DNA of 64,000 nucleotides from Clostridia bacterium (GCA_900770385.1 CAAGKK010000037.1:6195-70194), one strand, 5' to 3'; positions 38,330 through 49,402 are shown, counted from the first letter of the stretch. Numbers and translations: made by a program. Notes: generated by a model not told the origin, from the sequence alone.

Positions 38330-40999
38330 ATGTGGCATGAAAAGAATATATACGAAGTAATAAGAAAAAAGAAAACAAATGAAAAAATAGGACTAACTAC
38401 TAAAGAAGTTGAAAATAGAAAAAAAGAAAGCGGTTTAAATCAAATAAGAGAAAGTAAAAAGGAAGGTATAATTAAAAAATTTATAAAACAATTTAATGAC
38501 TTTATGATTATTATATTAATTATAGCGTCTATTATTTCACTTGTTTTGGCTAAAATAGAAGGCTCAAAAGATTACATAGACTCAATTATAATTATTGCAA
38601 TAGTAATTTTTAATGCAATTTTAGGTTTAATACAAGAAAGCAAAGCAGAAAAATCAATAGAAGCACTTAAAAAAATGTCTTCTCCAACTGCAAAGGTAAA
38701 AAGAGATGGAACAATAAAAGAAGTTGCGAGTGAAGAACTTGTTCCAGGAGATATTATAATTTTAGAAGCTGGAAAGTTTGTACCAGCAGACTGTAGACTG
38801 ATTAATTCATATAATTTAAAAATTGAGGAAGCAGCACTAACAGGAGAAAATATACCAGTAGAAAAAGATGCAAATAGAATACTAAATAAGGATATACCAA
38901 TTGGTGATATGGTTAATATGGCATTTTCTACTACAATAGTAACAGAGGGACATGGAGAAGCGGTAGTAACAGAAACAGGAATGAATACAAAAGTAGGAAA
39001 AATAGCAGATATGATTACGAAAGATCAATCACCAGAAACACCAATTCAAAAAAGATTGGCAGAAGTAGGGAAAAATCTAGGTATAATATGTTTAGCAATA
39101 TGTTTTTTTATTTTTATTATAGGTTTATTTAAGAAAATAGAAATTAAAGAAATGTTTATGACATCAGTAGGACTAGCAGTTGCAGCAATACCAGAAGGAT
39201 TACCAGCAATAGTAACTATAGTTCTTTCTATTGGAGTAACAAGAATGGCAAAGAAAAATGCAATAATAAGAAAACTTCCAGCAGTAGAAACTTTAGGGAG
39301 TAGTAGTGTAATATGTTCAGACAAAACAGGAACACTAACTCAAAATAAAATGACAGTAGTTAATCTTTCAAATATAAATGGTAAAATAACTGATAAACTA
39401 GAAGAAAGTTTTTTATTAGAGCTAGCATGTATGTGTACAGATGCAAATGTAGTTGATATTAAAGAAAAAGAAGTTACAGGTGAGCCTACAGAAAAAGCTA
39501 TTGTAGCAAAAGCACTACAAGAAAAAATAGATAAAAGAGAATTATACAGAAAATATGAAAGAGTAAATGAAATTGCATTTAACTCAAAAAGAAAATTAAT
39601 GACAACAATACACAAAACTAATAATGGATATAGAATTATTACTAAAGGAGCGCCGGATGTTTTAATAAATAAATGTATAAAGTATTATTACAATAATTCA
39701 GAATTTAATATGGAAAAAAATATAGTTAAAAAACTGGAATGGATAAACAATCAAATGGCACAAGATGCATTAAGAGTATTGGCAGTTAGTTATAAAGATG
39801 TTAAAGAATTACCTATGCATATTGATGAAAAAATAGAAAATGAAATGGTATTTGTAGGACTAATTGGTATGATAGATCCACCAAGAGATGGTGTAAAAGA
39901 GGCAATTATGGTTTGCAAAAATGCAGGAATAAAAACTGTTATGATCACAGGAGACCATATTGTAACTGCTAAATCAATTGCTAAGAAATTAGGAATACTT
40001 AGAAACAAAGATTTAGCTATAACAGGCAAAGAATTAGATGAAATTAGTGATAAAGAATTGGAAAAAAATATTATGAATTATAGTGTTTTTGCAAGAGTTT
40101 CTCCAGAACATAAAGTAAGAATAGTAAATGCTTTTAGAAATGCACAAAATGTTGTTGCTATGACAGGAGATGGAGTTAATGATGCACCAGCACTAAAAAA
40201 TGCAGACATTGGAATTGCAATGGGAAAAAACGGCACAGATGTTGCAAAAAATGCTTCAGACATGATTTTAACTGATGATAATTTTGTAACTATTGTAAGT
40301 GCAGTAAAAGAAGGCAGAAATATATATGATAATATAAAAAAAGCAATTCATTTTCTAATCTCTACAAATGTTGGAGAAATTGTAACTATATTTTTAGGTT
40401 TACTACTTGGATTAGAATCACCACTTCTTGCAATACAATTATTATGGATTAATTTAGTTACAGATTCTATGCCAGCAATTGCCTTAGGTTTGGAAAAACC
40501 AGAAATAGACATCATGGATAAGAAACCACAAGATCCTAAGAAAGGAATTTTTTCTGATGGATTATGGAGTAATATTTTAATAGAAGGAATAATGATAGGA
40601 ATTTTAACATTATTTGCATTTAGTTTGGGTAATAATAAGTTTGGACTAGAAGTTGGAAGAACAATGGCTTTTATATGTTTGGGAATGTTAGAATTAGTTC
40701 ATAGTTTTAATATAAAGAGTAATCAATCTATTTTCAAAGTAGGACTTTTAGAAAATAAATTTTTAATAGGTGCTCTAATAATAGGAATGATATTGCAATG
40801 CGGAATAGTATGTATACCATCTTTAGCAAATGTCTTTAAATTGGTACAATTAAATAAAACACAATGGCTATATTGCCTTGGAATATCTATATTGCCAATA
40901 GTAATTATGGAATTACAGAAAAAAATGAATGAATTAAAATTTGGTAAAACGTTATACCAATATAAAGAAAAAAGAATTTCATACGAAGAAATACTTTAA
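38330..40999 (+). CDS. P-type cation-transporting ATPase (Ca2+-ATPase, P2A/P2B-like)
   Basis: CSDKTGTLT phosphorylation site, TGE, MITGDH, TGDGVNDAPALK and about 10 TM segments. Confidence 0.9.
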   Translation: MWHEKNIYEVIRKKKTNEKIGLTTKEVENRKKESGLNQIRESKKEGIIKKFIKQFNDFMIIILIIASIISLVLAKIEGSKDYIDSIIIIAIVIFNAILGLIQESKAEKSIEALKKMSSPTAKVKRDGTIKEVASEELVPGDIIILEAGKFVPADCRLINSYNLKIEEAALTGENIPVEKDANRILNKDIPIGDMVNMAFSTTIVTEGHGEAVVTETGMNTKVGKIADMITKDQSPETPIQKRLAEVGKNLGIICLAICFFIFIIGLFKKIEIKEMFMTSVGLAVAAIPEGLPAIVTIVLSIGVTRMAKKNAIIRKLPAVETLGSSSVICSDKTGTLTQNKMTVVNLSNINGKITDKLEESFLLELACMCTDANVVDIKEKEVTGEPTEKAIVAKALQEKIDKRELYRKYERVNEIAFNSKRKLMTTIHKTNNGYRIITKGAPDVLINKCIKYYYNNSEFNMEKNIVKKLEWINNQMAQDALRVLAVSYKDVKELPMHIDEKIENEMVFVGLIGMIDPPRDGVKEAIMVCKNAGIKTVMITGDHIVTAKSIAKKLGILRNKDLAITGKELDEISDKELEKNIMNYSVFARVSPEHKVRIVNAFRNAQNVVAMTGDGVNDAPALKNADIGIAMGKNGTDVAKNASDMILTDDNFVTIVSAVKEGRNIYDNIKKAIHFLISTNVGEIVTIFLGLLLGLESPLLAIQLLWINLVTDSMPAIALGLEKPEIDIMDKKPQDPKKGIFSDGLWSNILIEGIMIGILTLFAFSLGNNKFGLEVGRTMAFICLGMLELVHSFNIKSNQSIFKVGLLENKFLIGALIIGMILQCGIVCIPSLANVFKLVQLNKTQWLYCLGISILPIVIMELQKKMNELKFGKTLYQYKEKRISYEEIL

Positions 41000-41187
41000 C
41001 AATATTCAGCTTACATTTTGAGCACTTTCTTTCCAAATAATTTCATTGTAATTAGTATTTGGAATTTAGTGTTTGGCTGTATATAGAAATATCTTCGAAG
41101 CCTTTGCCTATATTCAAAATACCAAACACTAAATACAAAATACATATAAATTATTAACTATTCATTATTCATTATTAATTAAATCGT

Positions 41188-41220
41188 ATGTAGGGGCGGA
41201 CGCCTCTGTCCGCCCGTATA
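41188..41220 (+). repeat. GC-rich hairpin element, copy 1
   Basis: atgtaggggcggacgcctctgtccgcccgtata. The stem is gggcggac/gtccgccc. Confidence 0.6.
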
Positions 41221-41288
41221 TAAAGAAATATATTTAAAAGAGTAGAATTACTGAAGGTTTTGTGATAAAATACTTCTAGGTGAAAATA

Positions 41289-44200
41289 ATGAGTTTAAGA
41301 CTAATTTATGGAAGAAGCGGAACAGGAAAAACAACTTTTTGTTTTAATGAGATAAAAAAGCTTATAAAAGAAAATAAAAAAATATATATTATAACACCAG
41401 AACAATTTTCATTTACTGCTGAGCAAAATTTAATGAAAACAGTAGAAAATAATTCTGTTATTAATGCTGAGGTTTTAACATTTGAAAGAATGGCACATAG
41501 AGTGATAAACGAGATTAGAGATTCACAAAATTCCAATCTTTCAGAATGTGCTAAAGCAATGATTTTATATGATATATTAGATGAAAACAAAAAAAGTCTT
41601 AAATATTTAGGAAAAACACAAAAGAATCTAGATATAGTTTTAAGAACTATTACAGAATTAAAAAAACATAATGTAACAACTAATATGCTAAATGAAGTAT
41701 TAAGCAATATTAATGATAAAAGATTAGAACTTAAAATAGAAGATATTTGTCTATTATTAGATAAATATAATAGTATAATTTTAAATAATTATATAGATGA
41801 AGATGATGTGTTAACCATATTAAATAAAAACATTGACAAAACAAGCATGTTTAAAGATAGCATTATTTATATAGATGAATTTGCAGGTTTTACAAAACAA
41901 GAGTATTTAATAATAGAAAAATTATTAAAAATATCTAAGATAGTGAATATATCAATATGCACAGATAGCATACAAGAAAGTAATAATCCAGAATCAGATG
42001 TTTTTTATGCAAATAAAATATGTATAAATAAAATATTGCAAATAGCTAAAAACAACAATATACAAGTAGAAGATGATATAATATTAAATAAAAATTATAG
42101 ATTTAAAAATAAAGATTTATACAATTTAGAAAATGAGCTATACAATTATAAACAAATCATATTGGAAAAATGTACAAGTATAAATCTGTTTTTAGCAAGT
42201 AATCCATATACAGAAATAGAAAATGTTGCAAACAATATTATAGAACTTGTAAGAGACAAACAATATGATTATAAGGATATTGCAATTATTACTAAAGAAA
42301 TAAATAGATATGAAGGATTAATAAAAGCAATTTTCGGAAAATATCAAATACCAGTATTTATAGATGAAAAACAAGATCTAAGTAAAAATAGTTTTATTAA
42401 ATATATAATAGCTTTTTTAGACATATTTGGGAAAAGTTGGACAACTCAAACAATGTTTAATTATATAAAATCTGGATTTATAGATATAAAAACAGAGGAA
42501 ATTTTTACATTAGAAAATTATTGTAAAAACTTTGGAATAAAAGGAATAAAAAAATATTCTGAAGAATGGAAAATACAAACAAATACCAATTATAATTTAG
42601 AAGAATTGAATAATTTAAGAAAACAGATAGTAGATCCATTGCTAGAGTTTAAACAAAACTTAAATAATCAAAAAACAGTCAAAGATATATCAAAAAGTTT
42701 ATATGAATTTTTAATAAAAAATAATATAGATAAAAAATTAAATGAAAAGGTAAATATATTAGAAAAAGCAGGAAAAATAGATTTAGCTAATATTTATAGC
42801 AATAGTTGGAATATATTTATGGAAGTATTAGATTCATTAGTTTTAGTATTAGGGGATAAAAAGATTTCATTTGAAAAATATACAGAGTTAATAAAAATTG
42901 GTTTGTCAAACAGTTCTCTTGGTAAGATACCAGCAACATTAGATGAGATTACTGTAGGGGATGTGGATAGGTCAAAAAGTTCTAAGAAAAAAGTAGTGTT
43001 TATAATAGGATTAAATGATGGAGTATTTCCTTCAAATAATAAAAGTGAAGGTTTTATTGATGACAATGAAAGAATAAAGTTAAAAAATAATGGAATAGAA
43101 CTAGCTAAAACAATAATGGAACAAATATATGACGAAAACTTTAATATATATAAAGCTTTTACAATTGCAGAAGAAAAGCTTTATTTGTCATATCCAGCAT
43201 CAGATGCCGATGGTAAAGGATTAAGAAAATCAATACTAATAAATAAAATAAAAAAGATATTTCCAAAACTGGAAGAAGAAAGTGATATAACTAGTATTAA
43301 AGAATGTATAGGTAATAAGGATACCACATTTGATTTACTACTTACGAATATGAGAAAATTTTTAAATGGAGAACAGATAAATGATTTCTGGTTTGAAATT
43401 TTTAATATATATAATAAAGATATAAAATATAAAGAAAAATTAAAAAAAGCAATAACAGGTTTTTATTATTCTAATATTCCAGAAAAGATTAATAGCAAAA
43501 ACTTAGAAAAATTATATGGCAAAACACTAAAAACGAGTATATCAAAAATGGAAACCTATAGAAGATGTGCATTTTCTTACTATATTAAATATGGATTAAA
43601 ATTATCAGATAAAACAGAATTTAAATTGGAAAGCCTAGACACAGGAACATTTATGCATGAAATCATAGATGAAACATTTAATTATATAAATGAAAATAAT
43701 ATTAAAATAGTAGAGCTTGAAGATACAAAATTAGAAGAGATAATTGAAAATATAATAAATAAAAAATTATTATTAAATAAAAATTATATATTTAATAGTA
43801 CTCCTAAGTATATAATATTGACAACTAGGCTAAAAAAAGTTATAAAGAAATCTGTAAAATACATTATAAATACACTAAAAAATAGTGATTTTAAAGTATA
43901 TGGAAATGAAATAGAATTTGGAGATGGAAAAAAATATGCTCCAATGGAAATTAGGCTTGATAATAATCAAAGAGCAGAAATAATAGGAAAAATAGATAGA
44001 GTAGACATTGCAGAAAATGAAGATGGTAAATATATTAGAATTATAGATTACAAATCTTCAGTAAAAAATGTAGATTTGAACGAAGTAATGGCAGGAATAC
44101 AAATACAATTACTAACATATCTAGATGCAATTACAAAAGAAGAAAATGCCAATCCAGCAGGAGTATTATATTTTAACTTAATAGAACCTATAATAAAAAC

Positions 44201-44636
44201 TAAAAATAGAAATATTACAGACGAAGAATTAGAAAATGAAATAAGAAATCAATTTAAGATGAATGGACTAATATTAGGAGATGTAAAGGTTGTACAAATG
44301 ATGGATAAATCTGTAACATCTGGTAAGTCTAGTATTATACCAGCATATATCGACAAAAATGGAGATATAAGTAAATCAAAATCAAGTACAGTAAACTTAG
44401 TTGAATTTAAAAAATTGCAAAAACAGATAAATAACATTTTAAAGGAAATTACACAAGAAATATTAACAGGAAAAATAGAACAGAATCCTGTATATATTTC
44501 AAAGAAAAAAACAACACCATGTTTATATTGCAATTATAAATCAATATGTGGATTTAATCCAGAATGGAAAGAAAATAATTATAAATATATACCAAACCTA
44601 AATAAAAATGAAATTTTAAATGAATTAGGAGAATGA
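41289..44636 (+). CDS. addB: Helicase-exonuclease AddAB, subunit AddB
   Basis: MSLRLIYGRSGTGKTTFC...ITPEQFSF N-terminus. C-terminal nuclease/Fe-S cysteines (RRCAFSYY ... CLYCNYKSIC). Confidence 0.85.
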   Translation: MSLRLIYGRSGTGKTTFCFNEIKKLIKENKKIYIITPEQFSFTAEQNLMKTVENNSVINAEVLTFERMAHRVINEIRDSQNSNLSECAKAMILYDILDENKKSLKYLGKTQKNLDIVLRTITELKKHNVTTNMLNEVLSNINDKRLELKIEDICLLLDKYNSIILNNYIDEDDVLTILNKNIDKTSMFKDSIIYIDEFAGFTKQEYLIIEKLLKISKIVNISICTDSIQESNNPESDVFYANKICINKILQIAKNNNIQVEDDIILNKNYRFKNKDLYNLENELYNYKQIILEKCTSINLFLASNPYTEIENVANNIIELVRDKQYDYKDIAIITKEINRYEGLIKAIFGKYQIPVFIDEKQDLSKNSFIKYIIAFLDIFGKSWTTQTMFNYIKSGFIDIKTEEIFTLENYCKNFGIKGIKKYSEEWKIQTNTNYNLEELNNLRKQIVDPLLEFKQNLNNQKTVKDISKSLYEFLIKNNIDKKLNEKVNILEKAGKIDLANIYSNSWNIFMEVLDSLVLVLGDKKISFEKYTELIKIGLSNSSLGKIPATLDEITVGDVDRSKSSKKKVVFIIGLNDGVFPSNNKSEGFIDDNERIKLKNNGIELAKTIMEQIYDENFNIYKAFTIAEEKLYLSYPASDADGKGLRKSILINKIKKIFPKLEEESDITSIKECIGNKDTTFDLLLTNMRKFLNGEQINDFWFEIFNIYNKDIKYKEKLKKAITGFYYSNIPEKINSKNLEKLYGKTLKTSISKMETYRRCAFSYYIKYGLKLSDKTEFKLESLDTGTFMHEIIDETFNYINENNIKIVELEDTKLEEIIENIINKKLLLNKNYIFNSTPKYIILTTRLKKVIKKSVKYIINTLKNSDFKVYGNEIEFGDGKKYAPMEIRLDNNQRAEIIGKIDRVDIAENEDGKYIRIIDYKSSVKNVDLNEVMAGIQIQLLTYLDAITKEENANPAGVLYFNLIEPIIKTKNRNITDEELENEIRNQFKMNGLILGDVKVVQMMDKSVTSGKSSIIPAYIDKNGDISKSKSSTVNLVEFKKLQKQINNILKEITQEILTGKIEQNPVYISKKKTTPCLYCNYKSICGFNPEWKENNYKYIPNLNKNEILNELGE

Positions 44637-44637
44637 T

Positions 44638-45447
44638 ATGAAAAATTTATCAAACCAAAACATTATTCATATTAAACATGGAGAAATTGAGTATATTCAA
44701 TTCAAAAAACTACTTGAATATAAAGAAAAAATAAAACATTGTTTTACACTCAAAAAATTAGATTTTAAAGGATATGACTCATACGAAGAAAACAAAGAAA
44801 TGATTACTAAAAACTATAAAGCATTATGCAAAGATTTGGATATCAAGTATGAAAATTTATGCAGACCAAAACAGACTCATACAGATAATGTAGAAAAAAT
44901 AGAAAAAGGTGATTTTGGAATATATAATCCCAAATTTGATGATGTGGATGGTTTAGTAACAAGTGAAAAAGAAAAAGCATTAGTATTGGCATTTGCAGAT
45001 TGTACACCATTGTTATTTTACGATCCAATTAAAAATGTAATAGCAAACACTCATTCTGGATGGAAAGGCACATATAAAGAAATAGGAAATAAAACAGTAG
45101 AAAAATTAGTAAAAGAATATAATTGTAATCCTAAAGATATAATTTGTTGCATAGGTCCACATATTAGAAAGTGCCACTTTGAAGTGGATAAAGATGTAAA
45201 AGATATGTTTTATGAAAAATTTAAACATTTAAAAAATATAAATAATTATATAGTAAAAAAAGGCAATAAATACAATATAGATACCTTGGAAATAAATACT
45301 GATAATCTAATAAGTATGGGATTATTAAAAGATAATATAATAGACAGTAAGATTTGTACAGTATGTGAAAGCAACATATGTCATTCTTATAGAGCAGAAA
45401 AAGAAGAATCTGGAAGGAGTATAGCTTTAATAGAGTTAATAAAATAA
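44638..45447 (+). CDS. pgeF: Peptidoglycan editing factor PgeF (YfiH/DUF152, laccase-domain protein)
   Basis: QTHTDNV, FADCTPLL, HSGWKGT and CTVCE...HSYR. Confidence 0.8.
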   Translation: MKNLSNQNIIHIKHGEIEYIQFKKLLEYKEKIKHCFTLKKLDFKGYDSYEENKEMITKNYKALCKDLDIKYENLCRPKQTHTDNVEKIEKGDFGIYNPKFDDVDGLVTSEKEKALVLAFADCTPLLFYDPIKNVIANTHSGWKGTYKEIGNKTVEKLVKEYNCNPKDIICCIGPHIRKCHFEVDKDVKDMFYEKFKHLKNINNYIVKKGNKYNIDTLEINTDNLISMGLLKDNIIDSKICTVCESNICHSYRAEKEESGRSIALIELIK

Positions 45448-45463
45448 CACAAAAGGAGGAAAA

Positions 45464-46381
45464 ATGTTACCACAAGCAATAAAAAGAGGAGATACAATAG
45501 GTGTTGTAGCACCATCAAATCCTATTGTAGGAAAAAATATAGAAGAATTAAATAAAGCAAAAGAAATAGTAGAAAAAGACGGTTTTAAAGTAGTATTTTC
45601 TAAAAACATATTTTCAAATACAAATGGATATACAGCAACAGCAAAAGAAAAAGCAGAAGATATAAACGAAATGTTTAGAAATCAAGATGTAAAAATGATT
45701 TGGTGTGCTAAAGGTGGAAATAATTCTAATTGCGTATTTGAATATTTAGACTATGAATTAATAAAGAAAAATCCGAAAATAATATGTGGTTATAGTGACA
45801 TAACATCACTTACAAATATGATACATAAAAAAACAGGATTAGTAACATTTAGTGGAACAAACTTTAAAACAATAGCAACAGATGAAACAGATTATAGTTA
45901 TAAGGAAGCAATAAATAGATTTGTAAATGGTAGCATAGAAATAGGAAAAGAAAAAACAGGGTATAAAACAATAAAAGAAGGAACAGCAGAAGGAGAATTA
46001 GTTGGAGGAAATCTATTTTTAACAAGAGGAATGGTCTGTGGAAAATACTCAATATCTTTTAAAGACAAGATACTATTCTTAGAAGAATTAGGAATAGAAA
46101 CAGAGCCGGCAGTAATCAATAATTTCTTATATTATATGAAACAAAATGGAGTATTTGACGAGATAAAAGGATTATGGCTTGGAAATTATGAACATGAAAG
46201 TAATATAACATTAGAAGAGATAGTACAAGAAGTGCTAGGAGATGAATACAGTTTTCCGATTATTAAATCAAACAACTTTGGACATTGCGAAACAAAAACA
46301 GTAATTCCAATAGGTACAAGAGCAAGAATAAATACAAATGAAATAGAAAAGATAAAATTAATAGAAAAGTGTGTAAAATAA
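45464..46381 (+). CDS. LD-carboxypeptidase (peptidase S66, LdcA/MccF-like)
   Basis: GDTIGVVAPS. Nucleophile motif CGYSDITSL. C-terminal FGHC. Confidence 0.8.
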   Translation: MLPQAIKRGDTIGVVAPSNPIVGKNIEELNKAKEIVEKDGFKVVFSKNIFSNTNGYTATAKEKAEDINEMFRNQDVKMIWCAKGGNNSNCVFEYLDYELIKKNPKIICGYSDITSLTNMIHKKTGLVTFSGTNFKTIATDETDYSYKEAINRFVNGSIEIGKEKTGYKTIKEGTAEGELVGGNLFLTRGMVCGKYSISFKDKILFLEELGIETEPAVINNFLYYMKQNGVFDEIKGLWLGNYEHESNITLEEIVQEVLGDEYSFPIIKSNNFGHCETKTVIPIGTRARINTNEIEKIKLIEKCVK

Positions 46382-46391
46382 GGAGCAAAAA

Positions 46392-46949
46392 ATGTATAAT
46401 AGTTGGGAAGAATTAGAAGAAAGCATAAGAAATTGTAACAAATGTAAATTATGCAAAAACAGGCATAATATTGTGTTAGGAGAAGGAAACAAAAATGCAG
46501 AAATAATGTTTATAGGAGAAGGACCAGGGGCAGATGAAGATATTCAAGGATTTCCGTTTGTTGGAAAAGCAGGACAACTAATGAATAAAGCATTCGAAGC
46601 ACTAGAAATAAAAAGAGAAAAAGTGTACATAACTAATATAGTAAAATGCAGACCTCCTCAAAATAGAGTGCCAAACAAAGAAGAAGCAACAGCTTGTATG
46701 GATTATTTAAGAAGCCAAGTAATGTTAGTAAAACCAAAAATAATAGTATTATTAGGAAGTACAGCCCTAAAAAGTATATTGGGTGAAGAGTATGGAATTA
46801 CTAAAACAAGAGGAATTTGGATAGAAAAGAAAGGTATTTTATATATGCCAACATTCCACCCAGCAGCATTATTAAGAGATGATACTAAAAAGATAGATTT
46901 CTGGAGAGATTTAAAATTAGTAAAAGAAAAATATGGAGAATTGAAATGA
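46392..46949 (+). CDS. Uracil-DNA glycosylase, family 4 (Fe-S)
   Basis: CNKCKLC..., GEGPGADED, GFPFVGKAGQLM and HPAALLR. Confidence 0.85.
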   Translation: MYNSWEELEESIRNCNKCKLCKNRHNIVLGEGNKNAEIMFIGEGPGADEDIQGFPFVGKAGQLMNKAFEALEIKREKVYITNIVKCRPPQNRVPNKEEATACMDYLRSQVMLVKPKIIVLLGSTALKSILGEEYGITKTRGIWIEKKGILYMPTFHPAALLRDDTKKIDFWRDLKLVKEKYGELK

Positions 46950-48193
46950 AATATGATGTAACAGAAATAATTAGAGATGCTAGTTATTGTTTAAACTGCA
47001 AAAACAAACCATGTAAATTTGGATGTCCATTAGGAAATAATATACCAGATTTTATAAAATACATAAAAGAGCAAAAAAATAGTGAAGCATTTGAAGTGCT
47101 TTCTGAAACTACTATATTTGAGCCGATTTGTGGAAGAATATGTCCACAGAAAAAACAATGTGAAGGAAGTTGTGTAAGAGGAATAAAAGGCCAAAGTGTA
47201 AAAATAGGAAGGTTAGAAAAATTTGTAGGAGACTATGCATTAGAAAATAAAATAAAACAAAAAGTTATGCCGGCAATTGGAAAGAAAATAGCAGTAATTG
47301 GGTCTGGACCAGCAGGACTAGCAGTTGCAAATTATTTATCAACAAAAGGATATTTAGTAACAATTTATGAAAAACATTCAAAACTAGGTGGTTTATTAAG
47401 ATATGGAATACCAGAATTTAGATTATCCAAAAAATTATTAGATAGTTGGCTAGAAAATTATGTGTTGAATAAAAATATAGAAGTAAAAACAAATACTAAG
47501 CTTGGAAGAGATATAACTCTTGAACAACTAAAAGAAAAATACGAAAAAATAATCTTATCATTTGGAGCAAATGTATCAAATAAAATGAATATACCAGGAA
47601 AAGAACTTGAATTTGTATTGGGAGGAAATGAACTTTTAGAATATAGAAAAATGCCTGATTTTAAAGATAAAAAAGTAGTAGTAATAGGCGGTGGTAATGT
47701 AGCAATTGATTCTGCAAGAACAATAAAAAAGCTAGGTGCCAAAAGCGTAAATATTATTTACAGAAGGTCAGAAACAGAAATGCCAGCTGAGAAAAAGGAA
47801 ATTGAAGAAGCAAAAAAAGAAAAAATAGAATTTACATTTCAAACAAATATATTAAAAATAAGTACAGGTGACTTAATAAATAAAGTAGAGTGTATAAAGA
47901 CAAAGTTAGTACCAAGCAAAACAGAAGATAGAAAATATCCTGTAAATATAGAAAATAGTAATTATACAATAGATACAAATTATGTTATAATGGCTATTGG
48001 CTCTAAAGCAGATAAGAAAACTATAAATGAATTAAATCTAGAAACTACAAGTTTGGGGTATATAAAAGTAGATGAAAATTACAAAACCACAGATAATAAG
48101 ATTTATGCAATAGGGGATTTAATAGGCAACAAACAAACAGTTGCATGGGCAGCCAAAAGTGGATTTGAATGTGCAAAAAGAATTTGTAAATAA
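46946..48193 (+). CDS. GltD-like NAD(P)H-dependent Fe-S flavoprotein oxidoreductase (glutamate synthase small subunit family)
   Basis: N-terminal Cys clusters. VIGSGPAGLA and VIGGGNVAIDSAR dinucleotide folds. Confidence 0.75.
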   Translation: MKYDVTEIIRDASYCLNCKNKPCKFGCPLGNNIPDFIKYIKEQKNSEAFEVLSETTIFEPICGRICPQKKQCEGSCVRGIKGQSVKIGRLEKFVGDYALENKIKQKVMPAIGKKIAVIGSGPAGLAVANYLSTKGYLVTIYEKHSKLGGLLRYGIPEFRLSKKLLDSWLENYVLNKNIEVKTNTKLGRDITLEQLKEKYEKIILSFGANVSNKMNIPGKELEFVLGGNELLEYRKMPDFKDKKVVVIGGGNVAIDSARTIKKLGAKSVNIIYRRSETEMPAEKKEIEEAKKEKIEFTFQTNILKISTGDLINKVECIKTKLVPSKTEDRKYPVNIENSNYTIDTNYVIMAIGSKADKKTINELNLETTSLGYIKVDENYKTTDNKIYAIGDLIGNKQTVAWAAKSGFECAKRICK

Positions 48194-48194
48194 C

Positions 48195-48229
48195 AAAAAC
48201 ATATTATCATTTAAGATAATATGTTTTTT
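48195..48229. terminator. Bidirectional terminator
   Basis: aaaaacatattatc-attta-gataatatgtttttt. Confidence 0.7.
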
Positions 48230-48263
48230 CATTTTATAATAGAAAATTATAATAAATTGTTTT

Positions 48264-48295
48264 ATGTAAGGGAGTACGCATCTGTACGCCCAATA
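48264..48295 (+). repeat. GC-rich hairpin element, copy 2
   Basis: atgtaagggagtacgcatctgtacgcccaata. It aligns with copy 1 and carries a compensatory stem change. Confidence 0.6.
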
Positions 48296-48298
48296 TTC

Positions 48299-49402
48299 TT
48301 ACCTCATATTAATATCATTATAATTGTAATTATTATTATAATTTAATTTAAGTAAAGTTTTAATTTTTCTAATAATTAATTGAAATAAAGTTTCTTTCTT
48401 TATAGGAACAAGTGCAAGTGGAGTATTAGGTACATTATTATATTTATTCTCAAGTTCAGCCATTTTATTTATATAATAATCATTGAAAAAAGTATAATCA
48501 TCTGTAACTCCAATGAAATTTCTATATGTATACAAAGCATTTCTGAAATTTTCCATGCTTCTTGAAGAGTATAAAGAATTAAACAAATTATCAAAAAAAC
48601 TAGTAAAAATTCTATTTTGAGTAAGCAAAAATCCTCTTCTTATATTTTCTTTAATTTGATTTGATTTTTTCATTAATCTTGCTATTTCAGAAGTAACTAT
48701 TTCACTTGATTGAATCTTTTCTAATGTAGCATGTAATTTATCTTCTAAATACATAATTGTATTTATATTATTTTTTATAATTTCGAAATCTTCTTCACTA
48801 GTTAATGTTATGAATTTATTTTTAAAATTATCGTTTCCATATAATGTGCTATTGTAAAGAACATATTCACCAGTAATATAAGCCATTTGCCTAACTAAAT
48901 TGCATTCCAAAGTATAATAATCAGGACTGTTAGATGGAAGTTCAATATCAAAATATTTTACTGTATCAAACTTAGATTTAGTGCATTTCATTGCCATTAA
49001 CTGGACAGCAGCTTCATTAAGAGCCATACCAGAAAGTTTAATATCAGAAAAGTCGCAAAGACCTAACTTAATTAATTTATTTCTAGAATTTACTTCAGCT
49101 TGAAGATAATGTATACATTCGTGAATAGTAACTGCATCAAGATTATCTAAATTTGTAGAACTACTAAAATAAATAGAAGAATTTTTGTAATAATATTTAG
49201 CAGCTACGCCATTTGGAATTTCAGCAATGTACATATTCAATCTAGAAAGTTTCATAAATAATTCATGATAATCTATGTCTTGTTCTGGAAAAGTATCAAC
49301 TAATTTTTGAGCAAGGTTAGTTGCAATTGAATTAACTTTTAAAGTATTTAATTTTTTTATTACTTTAATTCCTTCTTTGCGAAGTTTAGCTTCTGTATTC
49401 AC
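48299..49402 (-). CDS. Hypothetical protein with an HExxH motif (possible metallopeptidase)
   Basis: TIHECIHYLQ. No signal peptide. 367 aa. Confidence 0.4.
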   Translation of the reverse strand: MNTEAKLRKEGIKVIKKLNTLKVNSIATNLAQKLVDTFPEQDIDYHELFMKLSRLNMYIAEIPNGVAAKYYYKNSSIYFSSSTNLDNLDAVTIHECIHYLQAEVNSRNKLIKLGLCDFSDIKLSGMALNEAAVQLMAMKCTKSKFDTVKYFDIELPSNSPDYYTLECNLVRQMAYITGEYVLYNSTLYGNDNFKNKFITLTSEEDFEIIKNNINTIMYLEDKLHATLEKIQSSEIVTSEIARLMKKSNQIKENIRRGFLLTQNRIFTSFFDNLFNSLYSSRSMENFRNALYTYRNFIGVTDDYTFFNDYYINKMAELENKYNNVPNTPLALVPIKKETLFQLIIRKIKTLLKLNYNNNYNYNDINMR

